Shown here piece by piece: positions 28,495 through 37,354 of a DNA stretch of 64,000 nt (positions are counted from its first letter, which is position 1; every line of letters begins with the position of its first letter). Location of the stretch: NCBI GenBank assembly GCA_028867755.1, contig JAGWFT010000001.1:964727-1028726 (forward strand), in the 5' to 3' direction. This DNA is from Nitrososphaerota archaeon. Lineage in GTDB: Archaea > Thermoproteota > Nitrososphaeria > Nitrososphaerales > Nitrosopumilaceae. A program made the translations under genes and the position numbers. The notes under the pieces were generated by a model. That model had not been told where the DNA came from and made no database searches. It was given only the letters and a program-made list of their open reading frames with translations.

Positions 28495-29702
28495 TGAATT
28501 TTAATAAAGGTTTAATGGAAAACACACCACATCAAATAGTTCCTATTAACCTAAAATCGCCTAAAACAAAGTCAATGAGGCGTACCAATGACCGATGTTT
28601 TGCACTCTCTGCAAGCGCAATTAAATCTGAGAAGACAAAAAGCTCCTATATACGTTGCCTTAACGCATTTTTGGATTTTAGTCATATCAAAGAGTATGAC
28701 GACCTTCTCAAGCTTGCTGACAAAAAAATTCAGGAGATGGTAGAAGACTATGTTGTGAAGCTCAAGACAAGTGACCTGAATCCAAACACAATTCCGTCAA
28801 AACTTCTGGGAGTTCAGCACTTTCTGGTTATGAATGACAAGATCATAAACTGGAAGAAAATCCACAAAATGTATCCTGAAAAAGTCCAGTCTACTGGAAA
28901 ACAAGCTTGGACAACTGAGGATCTACAAAAAATGCTCGGAGTATGTACAAATCTTAGGGCTAAAGCCATACTTTTGGTCTTTGCAAGCACATCTGCAAGG
29001 GTTGGGGCTATTCCTATGTTGAAGATTAGAGATATTACAGACTGGACGCAAACAGATGATTCTTCGCCAAATCGAAGAGGATGTAAGAAAATTGTCATTT
29101 ATGCAAGCTCAAAGGAAGAATATACTAGCTTTCTGACACCAGAAGCAAGTAAGGCAGTAGAGGAATATCTCCAAAAGAGACGTATTGACGGTGAGAAAAT
29201 AACTGGGGATTCACCACTATTCCGTAATCTATATCAGGATAACACAGTTGACAGTGTAAAGCCAATCTCGTATCATTATCTCATGGATTTGGTAAAGACA
29301 ATAGTCAAAAAAGCTGGTCTCTCAAGGAACAAGGCAAACAGGAGATTTGAGGTTCAAACCGTTCATGGCTTTAGAAAACGATACAATACAATCCTGAAAA
29401 ACAATAAGGAAATCAATTCCAATATTGCCGAGAAGCTAATGGGCCACAAAAATGGACTTGATGGAGTCTATTTTGTGCCTACCATAGAGCAGTGTTTTGT
29501 AGAATTTCAAAAGGCAATCAAGGATCTTACTGTAGATGAGTCTGAAAGGTTACTTGTTCAGAATAGAAGCCTGGAAACTAGGTTATCTGAGATGGAGAAT
29601 CTGGAAGATGAAATTCAGAGACAGAAACAGGCTATTGCATATTTGTTGAGTAAAGATTCCGAAGGTCAAAACAAGCTTCAACTACAAGCTAACACCAAAT
29701 GA
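28494..29702 (+). CDS. Tyrosine recombinase / integrase
   Basis: Catalytic set R (SARVG), K (SKEEY), HGFRK, LMGH, GVY; start uncertain (ATG 28515 or later). Confidence 0.92.
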   Translation: MNFNKGLMENTPHQIVPINLKSPKTKSMRRTNDRCFALSASAIKSEKTKSSYIRCLNAFLDFSHIKEYDDLLKLADKKIQEMVEDYVVKLKTSDLNPNTIPSKLLGVQHFLVMNDKIINWKKIHKMYPEKVQSTGKQAWTTEDLQKMLGVCTNLRAKAILLVFASTSARVGAIPMLKIRDITDWTQTDDSSPNRRGCKKIVIYASSKEEYTSFLTPEASKAVEEYLQKRRIDGEKITGDSPLFRNLYQDNTVDSVKPISYHYLMDLVKTIVKKAGLSRNKANRRFEVQTVHGFRKRYNTILKNNKEINSNIAEKLMGHKNGLDGVYFVPTIEQCFVEFQKAIKDLTVDESERLLVQNRSLETRLSEMENLEDEIQRQKQAIAYLLSKDSEGQNKLQLQANTK

Positions 29703-29896
29703 ATCAGTAGAATGCATGTTTAACGCATGCACAGGTCGATCCTAGACTATATCCAATGGAATTTCGTTTGATATGACATGAGTCTGTCTGACAAAATAAT
29801 AAATTCAAATTTTTAATTCAAGAGAAGCAACAGCTAGCTAGAGCGTAACTTTAACTCAATCTGATTCTTCAAATTGAAACAACCCTTTGTAATTTT

Positions 29897-30010
29897 ATGC
29901 CGACATGTAAAGAATGTAATCTTGATTTCTACTCAAATGAAGGCCTTCAATTACACGTAGAAAAAGCACATGGAAAAACAGATCCTAACAAATTAGATTC
30001 GTTTTCATAA
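29897..30010 (+). CDS. 37-aa C2H2 zinc-finger protein (not in ORF track)
   Basis: MPTCKECNLDFYSNEGLQLHVEKAHGKTDPNKLDSFS*: exact C-x2-C-x3-F-x5-L-x2-H-x4-H. Confidence 0.8.
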   Translation: MPTCKECNLDFYSNEGLQLHVEKAHGKTDPNKLDSFS

Positions 30011-30113
30011 AATTTAAGATATGAAGGTTCTAAAACCGATTTGAATAGTTGATAGCTTGGAGGCATCTCTATATCAAACGAGAATCTTTTTATCTTTACA
30101 TGATAAGTGTGTC

Positions 30114-30183
30114 TAGCCTTCAAAGGGGCTAGCAGGGAAATCAAGTGAACGCGTTACGTGGATCTCCTTCCCTTTGAGGGCTA
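30114..30183. repeat. GC-rich 70-bp inverted-repeat element
   Basis: TAGCCTTCAAAGGG ... CCCTTTGAGGGCTA (14-bp arms, one G-T pair). Confidence 0.6.
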
Positions 30184-30439
30184 TCTAACACTATTACAAA
30201 TATCTCTACTAAATAACCTTTGAATGATTTTAATAACATTGACCCAAAAATAGAACGACACAATACCTAGTCCCTCCGATTCTCACTCTAAATTGATTTT
30301 CAACTCTGAATCATGATCAAAAATAACCTTGAATTCAATGTGTTTAATACCTTGAATTTTAATAAACTCAGCGATTTACCTGATTTCCCTAAACCTTGTC
30401 TTATCGCGTGAAAATTCAATCTTTTAAATTATATGAACG

Positions 30440-31021
30440 ATGGATTGTACATTCTTTATGCAAAACTCCCCACTTGAAGTAAGACGGGCATTTGGGATCT
30501 TGTTTATCGGAGTTGCAATCTCTGTTGGCTCTGCCTCTATTCTAAGTGAGGCGGCATTTGAGAACAAAGACCCCATTTATTATTATGCCATAATCTGGTT
30601 TGGCAGCTTTGCAATAACATTTGGAGCAGTTCTTGGTAAATTCAGGCACATACTTGCATCAATAAGGGGCAGGATGAAAAATAGTGTGAGCTGGCCTGCA
30701 CCAGTAAAAGCGATAAATGGGCTGTGCTGGGCAGCACCGTTTGCAGCAATAGGTGCCTTTCCGCCGTTGTACCAGTATCTAATTTTGCTTGGAATAGGTC
30801 TTGGCAATGCATCAACATATGTATTCATGAAAAAATTCAGCAGTCTTGCAAATCATGAGCAAATAATAGTTGGTGCAATCTCGCTTGCAGCAATCCCGCT
30901 TGCTGTTTTTATTGATACATCATTTGTATCAAACCAGACAGTTGCAGTGATAGTTTCCAGGATTATGATAGCTGCAGCATATGGTGCAGGGGGAATCTAC
31001 GCCCTTGCAGTAAAAAAATAA
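30440..31021 (+). CDS. Multi-pass membrane protein
   Basis: About 6 hydrophobic segments. Confidence 0.8.
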   Translation: MDCTFFMQNSPLEVRRAFGILFIGVAISVGSASILSEAAFENKDPIYYYAIIWFGSFAITFGAVLGKFRHILASIRGRMKNSVSWPAPVKAINGLCWAAPFAAIGAFPPLYQYLILLGIGLGNASTYVFMKKFSSLANHEQIIVGAISLAAIPLAVFIDTSFVSNQTVAVIVSRIMIAAAYGAGGIYALAVKK

Positions 31022-31026
31022 TTATC

Positions 31027-32178
31027 TCAATCCAAAGGCTCAAACTTGATAGAGTTTCTTGCCGACTCTGCTCTGCTAATGAGTGCATCTATGTCCTTTG
31101 CATCGTCTGTGTCTACTATGTTGATGTGGCCTAGCTTGCGCTGAGGTTTTGCCTCTTCTTTGTTGTACATTTTCAAGTAAACTCCTTTTTTGCCATCTAG
31201 TGTTATTGGCTTGTATCTGCCTGAGAAGTTTTTTGGACCCAATATGTTGCGCATCACGGTGTAATGTTTCAGCTTGGTGCTTCCAAGTGGAAGGCCTAAG
31301 ATGGCCCTTAGATGCTGTTCAAATTGCGATGTATCGCTTGATTGTAGTGTATGGTGTCCAGAGTTATGCACTCGCGGTGCTATCTCATTGATTAGAACAT
31401 TATTTTCGCGTGTAACAAACATCTCTATGCCAAAAACGCCCGCCCCATGTAAGACCTTCATGGTATTTTCTGCAATCCTTTGAGCCTCCTTGGCTACTTT
31501 TGGGTCAACTCTTGCTGGCGCGATTGTAATCTCAAGTATGTTTTCTTTGTGTATGTTTTCTACAATCGAGTACGTTGCAATCTCGCCGTTGGTATTTCTT
31601 GCAGCAATCACAGAGACTTCCATCTTAAAATCAACATATCTCTCAACCATCATCTGCCTTCCTTCAAAGAGTTTGTACGCAGATTTAACCTGGCCCTCAT
31701 TTTCAATTTTAAAATTACCTCTGCCATCATAGGCATCACGCCTTGCTTTTAGCAGGACTGGATATCCAAATAACGAAATTTTTTTCCTGAGATCAGAAAG
31801 CGACTCTATTGAAAAAAATTCTGGTACTGGAATATTGTTGTCTTTGAGAAAAGTTTTCTGCATGAACTTGTCTTGTATTGTTCTAAGGGTTGCAGGCGAT
31901 GGATTTACCGATACCGATGTCTTCAATGATTCCAAAACCTGACTATCTCCAGATTCTATCTCGTAGGTCATTATGTCTGATTGTAATGATAATTCTACTA
32001 TGGCGTTTTTGTCCTTAAAGTCAGCAACAATCTGTCTTGCACCTGCCTTTGCAGCCGGGCAATTCTTTGTAGGATCTAAGACTATGACATCTGATATGTG
32101 CTCTGGCATATTCTTTGCAGCCTCAGTCAGCATCATTCCAAGCTGCCCGCCTCCTATTATTCCAAGAATTTTTGGCAC
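31027..32178 (-). CDS. purK: N5-CAIR synthase (ATP-grasp)
   Basis: GIIGGGQLGMM, YDGRGN, NEIAPRVHNSGH, SQFEQHLRA, RKLGHIN. Confidence 0.97.
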   Translation of the reverse strand: MPKILGIIGGGQLGMMLTEAAKNMPEHISDVIVLDPTKNCPAAKAGARQIVADFKDKNAIVELSLQSDIMTYEIESGDSQVLESLKTSVSVNPSPATLRTIQDKFMQKTFLKDNNIPVPEFFSIESLSDLRKKISLFGYPVLLKARRDAYDGRGNFKIENEGQVKSAYKLFEGRQMMVERYVDFKMEVSVIAARNTNGEIATYSIVENIHKENILEITIAPARVDPKVAKEAQRIAENTMKVLHGAGVFGIEMFVTRENNVLINEIAPRVHNSGHHTLQSSDTSQFEQHLRAILGLPLGSTKLKHYTVMRNILGPKNFSGRYKPITLDGKKGVYLKMYNKEEAKPQRKLGHINIVDTDDAKDIDALISRAESARNSIKFEPLD

Positions 32179-32268
32179 TATGCAGATTCGCCACTGGTTT
32201 TAAAAATAGTTACCTCTTTGCAGCATAAACGTTTGAAAGTTTATTACCTCTCCAAAGTTAGCTAATTC

Positions 32269-32685
32269 ATGGCACTAAAAGCTGCACTCATAATGTCAGT
32301 AATCTCAATAATTATGATAGCTATCTATGGTGTAGATGTTATTGCAGCTGGCCCTAATGCAAGTTCTGCTGGAAAAACAGGATTTCTTCCAATGAGTGCC
32401 TCTGTTCGAGGCTCTGTGTTTGGGATGATTCCATCTGCAATGCTAATTGCATCGTTTTTCATTACAAGAAAAGAGCCATCTAGTGCTCTTGGGGCCTTGA
32501 TGATAATTGGTGGGGCTCTGATTATTGTTGGCACCGGCGTCATACTGGCAATACAGGGAAGTCAGTCTCAAGACTCCTCACGGGTCATGCGAGAGTTTGG
32601 GGCGGTACTAGGAATAGGAATCATCATAGTGTTTCTTGGAGGCCTTAAAATCCGAGGGTCGCGAAAAGCTCGTGCATCTGCATAA
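32269..32685 (+). CDS. Small 4-TM membrane protein
   Basis: Four hydrophobic helices. Confidence 0.75.
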   Translation: MALKAALIMSVISIIMIAIYGVDVIAAGPNASSAGKTGFLPMSASVRGSVFGMIPSAMLIASFFITRKEPSSALGALMIIGGALIIVGTGVILAIQGSQSQDSSRVMREFGAVLGIGIIIVFLGGLKIRGSRKARASA

Positions 32686-32738
32686 TTCTAGCCAGTATAG
32701 TGCAAATCTTCAAACGCAAGTGCAATGTTATCTCATTT

Positions 32739-32879
32739 ATGCATGTTTGTGCAAAATGCGGGCAAGATGCCAAAAAGCTATATGATTGTGAGCATACCCA
32801 TGACCAAGAATACTGTGTTGAATGTTATACCGAGCTGCATTATTACCTGACTGAAAGCCCGAAAAAAGATTCAACCTAG
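32739..32879 (+). CDS. 46-aa Zn-finger-like protein (not in ORF track)
   Basis: MHVCAKCGQDAKKLYDCEHTHDQEYCVECYTELHYYLTESPKKDST*: CxxC, CxH, CxxC...H. Confidence 0.75.
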   Translation: MHVCAKCGQDAKKLYDCEHTHDQEYCVECYTELHYYLTESPKKDST

Positions 32880-32931
32880 ACACAAATATTTTGCTAATTG
32901 ATGGTGTGTGTAAGTAGGCGGGGCTGTTCAA

Positions 32932-33150
32932 TTAAGAGCGAACAATTTTTTCTGCCAGTGCTAATTTTGCATCCATTATGCCAGACAAGGCATTCTCAAT
33001 TCTGGCCAAGTGTTCGTTTACTCCTTCTGCATCGTTTCTTAGATTTCTTAGCTTCATTGCCTCGACTTCTAATGTTATGTCCGAAATGTATTGTGTGAAT
33101 ACATCTGAAAACGAAGTCTTTTTCGTATCTAATACAAGATCGCGGCTCAT
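32932..33150 (-). CDS. Small helical hypothetical protein
   Basis: 72 aa, amphipathic helices, ATG start. Confidence 0.6.
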   Translation of the reverse strand: MSRDLVLDTKKTSFSDVFTQYISDITLEVEAMKLRNLRNDAEGVNEHLARIENALSGIMDAKLALAEKIVRS

Positions 33151-33379
33151 GTCATTATCTACATATCAGGATTATAAAAGGCTGGTCTGCCAAAAATGGA
33201 AATGATAACAATTACTCACATCTTTGGTGTTTTTTTATACTAGAATACTGATTCTTAGTTTTATTTCTAGAAGAGGCCAAGTCAGCTATTGACCTGTATG
33301 TCTCACAGAGTTACAGATCATAAAACATTTCTAATTAACCAAGTTTTTATTTTAATAATTTAAAACATGATGTCTTTTT

Positions 33380-34165
33380 TCAATCTAGAAGATCTTTTAA
33401 GTTGTCAAACTCGCTTTTTGTAATATCGCATCCACCTTTGGAATCCATCTTTTTCTTCATCCTGTCAAATCTTTCTGCCAGTAATGAAAGTTCGATTGGT
33501 TGTCCGTTTTCCTCATTTGTCAAGTCAATATAGTATTTTACTCTCTCTTCAAATTTATCAGGTGTAATTTCTTTAATTAAAACCTCGCCAGTGGCTATGA
33601 TTTTGGCCATCTTCTCTCTTTGCTTTTGTTCCAGTTTTTTCTTTTCTGATTCTATCTGCTGTCTGTGGTCTTCGTATCCTACTTTCATTTCTTTTAGTTC
33701 AGTCTCTAATTTAGAAAGAACACCGTTTACAGCCTCAAACACCTCTTTGTCATTTTCCACATTTGCCTGAGGCCCTCTTGATGTCTTTGAATCTCTGGGC
33801 TGGATCTCTATATGAGATCCTTCTAATTGCTCATCTACAGCTAATCTTACAATCATTGGCTTTGGGTTCTTTTTTGCTACCAGCCCAAACGCTACAGAAC
33901 CAAATCCTGCAAATGTCATTCCTATCAACAAATATTGAAAGATGAGAATTACCTGATGCAATGGCGGATATCCCATCTGGCGTAGCATCCCGGCAGCGCT
34001 CATGGTATTGCCATTTGATAATGAACCGATAAAAGTGTGAACTGTATTGGTCAGAAAACTTGGCGAGTAGTAATATGCTGGTATTGAAATTATTGCAAGT
34101 AGTGCGCCTGCAGCTACTGGTACAAATCTCATTCTATACCAGATAAAACCGAATCTAATATCCAC
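33380..34165 (-). CDS. Membrane protein (2 N-terminal TM) with cytoplasmic coiled-coil
   Basis: Hydrophobic N-terminus; LETELKEMK...EKKKLEQKQREK coil. Confidence 0.8.
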   Translation of the reverse strand: MDIRFGFIWYRMRFVPVAAGALLAIISIPAYYYSPSFLTNTVHTFIGSLSNGNTMSAAGMLRQMGYPPLHQVILIFQYLLIGMTFAGFGSVAFGLVAKKNPKPMIVRLAVDEQLEGSHIEIQPRDSKTSRGPQANVENDKEVFEAVNGVLSKLETELKEMKVGYEDHRQQIESEKKKLEQKQREKMAKIIATGEVLIKEITPDKFEERVKYYIDLTNEENGQPIELSLLAERFDRMKKKMDSKGGCDITKSEFDNLKDLLD

Positions 34166-34193
34166 TTGTTTGTAATAATGACTGACATCACGT

Positions 34194-34225
34194 TCTAGAC
34201 TATGATATGAAAATCATACCCTAGA
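34194..34225. promoter_or_regulatory. 13-6-13 imperfect inverted repeat (operator-like)
   Basis: TCTAGACTATGAT-ATGAAA-ATCATACCCTAGA, about 30-60 bp upstream of the 34165 start. Confidence 0.45.
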
Positions 34226-34471
34226 CTTTGGTTTTTCTGTAAAATCTATCTGAACCTGTATTTCAAAACTTTTTGCAGTCTATGCCGCTATGATTACAAA
34301 CAGGCTTTTATCTGCCTGTGGAGACTTCTTGATGCCATTTTGTAATTCCAGAAAATTACATTTCACTATTGTAGTACTTTGTCACTTGAATAACGCGATA
34401 TGTTTTCAAGTGATTTCCAAAATTGGAATTTGTTATCTAGAAAATATCCTACTCTTTAAATATAATTTCAA

Positions 34472-35224
34472 ATGAATTTTTATGTAATGAGTGCACCACA
34501 AGTCAAAGTAAGAACAGGAGTGCCTGGTTTTGATTCTGTAATTTCTGGTGGATTTCGAAGGGGAAAGACCATTGTTCTATCAGGTCCTCCAGGTAGTGGG
34601 AAAACAACATTTGGAATGCAGTTTCTCTATTTTGGTGCAAAAGATTTTGACGAGCCGGGAATCTTTGTAACTCTTTCTCAGAGTCCAGATGAAATAAAAA
34701 ATGACTTCAAGTCGTTTGGATGGGATGTTCAAAAATTATTTGATGATGGAAAGATGATAATAATAGACGCGCGACCGTTTAAGATGGAAGACGGGTTTAT
34801 CGCACTAGATGAATCACTCTACAGGGGAGAGTCATTACCATTTATGCATCTCACTCAGTTGATACTAAGTAGCATAAAGCGAATAGGTGCAAAGAGATTG
34901 GTGATTGATTCTCTTACGGTGCTTGGCATGCAGTATACTAACAGCTTTTACACAAGGCGAGGACTGCAGGGAATGGTTCATACACTCGAAGACCAACAAT
35001 GTACCTCTCTATTGGTATCTGAAGAGAACAAGACAGACAAGACACCTTTTGAGTGGCACGTTGTGTCAGGTATTGTACTATTGCATCACGTAAGAAAAGA
35101 GGATACGATGGAAAGGGCAATTCAAGTGATTAAAATGCGTGGTACAAAGCACAGCGAGCAAATATTTCCAATTAAACTCACAGAATCAGGGTTGCAGATA
35201 ATTCATCCTAGGATAGTTCCCTAG
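34472..35224 (+). CDS. Single-domain KaiC/RAD55-like RecA-superfamily ATPase
   Basis: SGPPGSGKT Walker A, RLVIDSL Walker B, QVIKMRGTKH. Confidence 0.92.
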   Translation: MNFYVMSAPQVKVRTGVPGFDSVISGGFRRGKTIVLSGPPGSGKTTFGMQFLYFGAKDFDEPGIFVTLSQSPDEIKNDFKSFGWDVQKLFDDGKMIIIDARPFKMEDGFIALDESLYRGESLPFMHLTQLILSSIKRIGAKRLVIDSLTVLGMQYTNSFYTRRGLQGMVHTLEDQQCTSLLVSEENKTDKTPFEWHVVSGIVLLHHVRKEDTMERAIQVIKMRGTKHSEQIFPIKLTESGLQIIHPRIVP

Positions 35225-35226
35225 TT

Positions 35227-36081
35227 TTACAGATGTATGTTCTTAGATCCAGCCCAGATGGACTGGAATAGCATACGCATAGAGTAAATCATGGCTTCTG
35301 AGTCTGTCCATACTGCTGATATCTCTTGGTTTGATTGGCTCAAGTTCTTGATAAAGAAGACAAGCTCGCTATCATCCCTGACTATAAAACATAGGTTATC
35401 TCTCATGCTGTCAGGCATTTTTCTCACTTTGGATCTATCAATATCATCAAATATGTACATTGATTTATCCGATGTCAAGGCCAACAGCTTAAGATCAATC
35501 TGGGCTTTATCAAGTGGCTCAAAAAAGTCAGAATGATAGAACTTGAGAAAGTCTTTTTCTGAGCCCCACACAAAAAATTCTTTTTTGGCATTTGAGATCA
35601 TCTCTTTTATCTTGCTGTGAATCTGGTTTGTCCCTTGCAGCATCTGGAATTTGTTTTCTTTACTTTCAGAAGCGACATTAAATTCAGGAATGCTGTTCCA
35701 TAGGTCTACTATGTTTTTTTCTTGTTTTTCAAGTGTATTTACTCGCTCTTTTTCTGCATTTACCAAAACCCAAATTGCTTTGTTTAACGGCTCGGCAGAA
35801 AACTTGATTGGATGCTGGAATGTTGCAGAGACCAATCCTTTGTTTTGCAATGTTGTAAGCAGGTGGTATGTCTCTGTTCTGGGAAGTTTTAATGCTTTAC
35901 AAATATCTGGGGCTTTTTTTGAGCCATACTTGCCAAGAAATATGTAGACTTTGCATTGATTTGGCGTGAGCCCATACTTGGCAAGCTCATCTTTTAGCTT
36001 GTCAACTGATAACTTGTGTTCATATAATTTTGAATCTGAGACAGAGTCAAATATTGTGATTTGCGTCTCCTCATCTCTCAT
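35227..36081 (-). CDS. TrmB-family transcriptional regulator
   Basis: GLTPNQCKVYIFL...PRTETYHLLTTLQNKGLV wHTH plus C-terminal effector domain. Confidence 0.9.
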   Translation of the reverse strand: MRDEETQITIFDSVSDSKLYEHKLSVDKLKDELAKYGLTPNQCKVYIFLGKYGSKKAPDICKALKLPRTETYHLLTTLQNKGLVSATFQHPIKFSAEPLNKAIWVLVNAEKERVNTLEKQEKNIVDLWNSIPEFNVASESKENKFQMLQGTNQIHSKIKEMISNAKKEFFVWGSEKDFLKFYHSDFFEPLDKAQIDLKLLALTSDKSMYIFDDIDRSKVRKMPDSMRDNLCFIVRDDSELVFFIKNLSQSNQEISAVWTDSEAMIYSMRMLFQSIWAGSKNIHL

Positions 36082-36234
36082 TGTTCTTCACCTTGTATCT
36101 TGGTCTGATGTATTGGGGGCACGTCAAACACTGATCGACTTTGGTCATTTGTTGCCCTTTTATGTGTATACATTTTATTAAATATGATGGTTTTACATCT
36201 CATATAGTAATTTATTTTAATTTTGTTCATGAAT

Positions 36235-36777
36235 TTATATAATATTTATTTCATCTATTGGAACATCAAAGATCGATTTGAACGAGAATTTGGCTCTAGA
36301 CTGGGCTGTCTGCGTAAATGCAATCTCTGCAGGTAACTCGTGGGTTGTAAGAAAAACACATCCTAAGTCTTTTTTAAGGCCTCTGGCAACTAGGTCATCA
36401 ACTGCCTGTTTTATCTTGGTGGCTCGGTCTAACTCTGATTTTACCTGCTCTGCTGCTTTAAAGTATAATTCCAGTTCCCCTTTTAACCCGATTCCGTCAA
36501 ATATTGATATTGAATCAAGATTGTACCAGTTATTTTTTTGATCTTTTTTCTTGACGCTTTTTTTCTTTTTTGGGTCGTTTGTGACACCTTCTATTTTTTG
36601 TCGCATATCTTGCAATTCAGCTGAATTTGTAGAATCAGTTGCGCGAAGTTTTTCCCCGATTAATCCTGATAGCTCGCCTGATCGGTTCTTTAATTGCCCT
36701 ATGTTGCTATCTAGCATCTGCTGTAATTCGGTTATAGTTCTAAACGACTTGATTTTTTCTTGTGTCATCTGGCTCAA
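36235..36777 (-). CDS. Hypothetical protein in pilus-linked operon
   Basis: 180 aa, coiled-coil, overlaps the upstream gene by 4 bp. Confidence 0.75.
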   Translation of the reverse strand: MSQMTQEKIKSFRTITELQQMLDSNIGQLKNRSGELSGLIGEKLRATDSTNSAELQDMRQKIEGVTNDPKKKKSVKKKDQKNNWYNLDSISIFDGIGLKGELELYFKAAEQVKSELDRATKIKQAVDDLVARGLKKDLGCVFLTTHELPAEIAFTQTAQSRAKFSFKSIFDVPIDEINII

Positions 36778-37265
36778 ACTTTTCCTATCTGGGCTGCTGA
36801 CGTATCCATTGTTATTGCATCATCTGAGCTTGAGCTTGGTATTCGTTTTAGCTTCTTGGCGCCTTCCTTTAAGAAAGATATCTTTTTGTTCTTTATTTCT
36901 CTGTCAGTTCTTGCCATGGAGATGATGGCAGGTATTGAATATTTCAGGACATTAGCAGTTTCGTCCAGTGTGAGATGATCAAACCTCTTTGTTTCAGACT
37001 TGTAGTTTGGTTTGATGATTAGTAAATCCAAGTTTGGAGTCAAGACAATGCGAAAGTCTTCTGGTAAGCTTAAAAGTTGTGGATGCAAGTCAACAGAAAA
37101 TGAAAGATATGAAGTAATTATTTTCAAAGAGTTGTACAAGTCGTCTATGATGTTTACTTTTTCCTTGTCTATTTCATATACCTGAACAGCTTCGTCTACT
37201 AGGTCCTCCATGGCCTTTACTGCTGCTGCTAAATTTTCATCACTTGCGTTTGCTTCTGAGGGCAT
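36774..37265 (-). CDS. Hypothetical protein in pilus-linked operon
   Basis: 163 aa, ATG, operonic. Confidence 0.75.
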   Translation of the reverse strand: MPSEANASDENLAAAVKAMEDLVDEAVQVYEIDKEKVNIIDDLYNSLKIITSYLSFSVDLHPQLLSLPEDFRIVLTPNLDLLIIKPNYKSETKRFDHLTLDETANVLKYSIPAIISMARTDREIKNKKISFLKEGAKKLKRIPSSSSDDAITMDTSAAQIGKV

Positions 37266-37354
37266 TACCCAAAAAATGGCTTTTTTATATAAAGAATATG
37301 TGTATGTAAGTTAAAGTTACAACAGAGAACTGAATTTTTGTGTTGCCCAAAATA

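Larger units (their letters stand above)
28494..30366. mobile_element. Putative minimal integrative element (~1.87 kb) bounded by 15-bp direct repeats
   Basis: TTGAATTTTAATAAA at 28494-28508 and 30352-30366 flank the integrase and a C2H2 gene. Confidence 0.6.

Noticed and set aside
28479-28515. True 1-bp overlap of the purE and integrase start codons at 28494
   Set aside because: Both ORF-track starts are probably over-extended (purE more likely from 28479, integrase from ATG 28515 or later).
29713-29731. TGCATG-N7-CATGCA hairpin after the integrase stop
   Set aside because: Short dyad without a clear T-tract; could be chance.
29947-30144. 65-aa minus-strand ORF in the integrase element
   Set aside because: TTG start, overlaps the C2H2 gene antisense, no motif.
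32737-32931. 64-aa minus-strand ORF
   Set aside because: Shadow of the plus-strand Zn-finger gene 32739..32879.
34472-35224. Circadian clock (KaiC) or archaellum
   Set aside because: Single-domain RecA-type ATPase with no KaiA/KaiB; no archaellin, FlaF/G or chemotaxis genes, so the locus is a pilus rather than an archaellum.
36071-36148. 25-aa CxxC uORF (MTKVDQCLTCPQYIRPRYKVKNNER) overlapping the TrmB start
   Set aside because: Too short to separate from chance without conservation data; noted only as a possible leader peptide.
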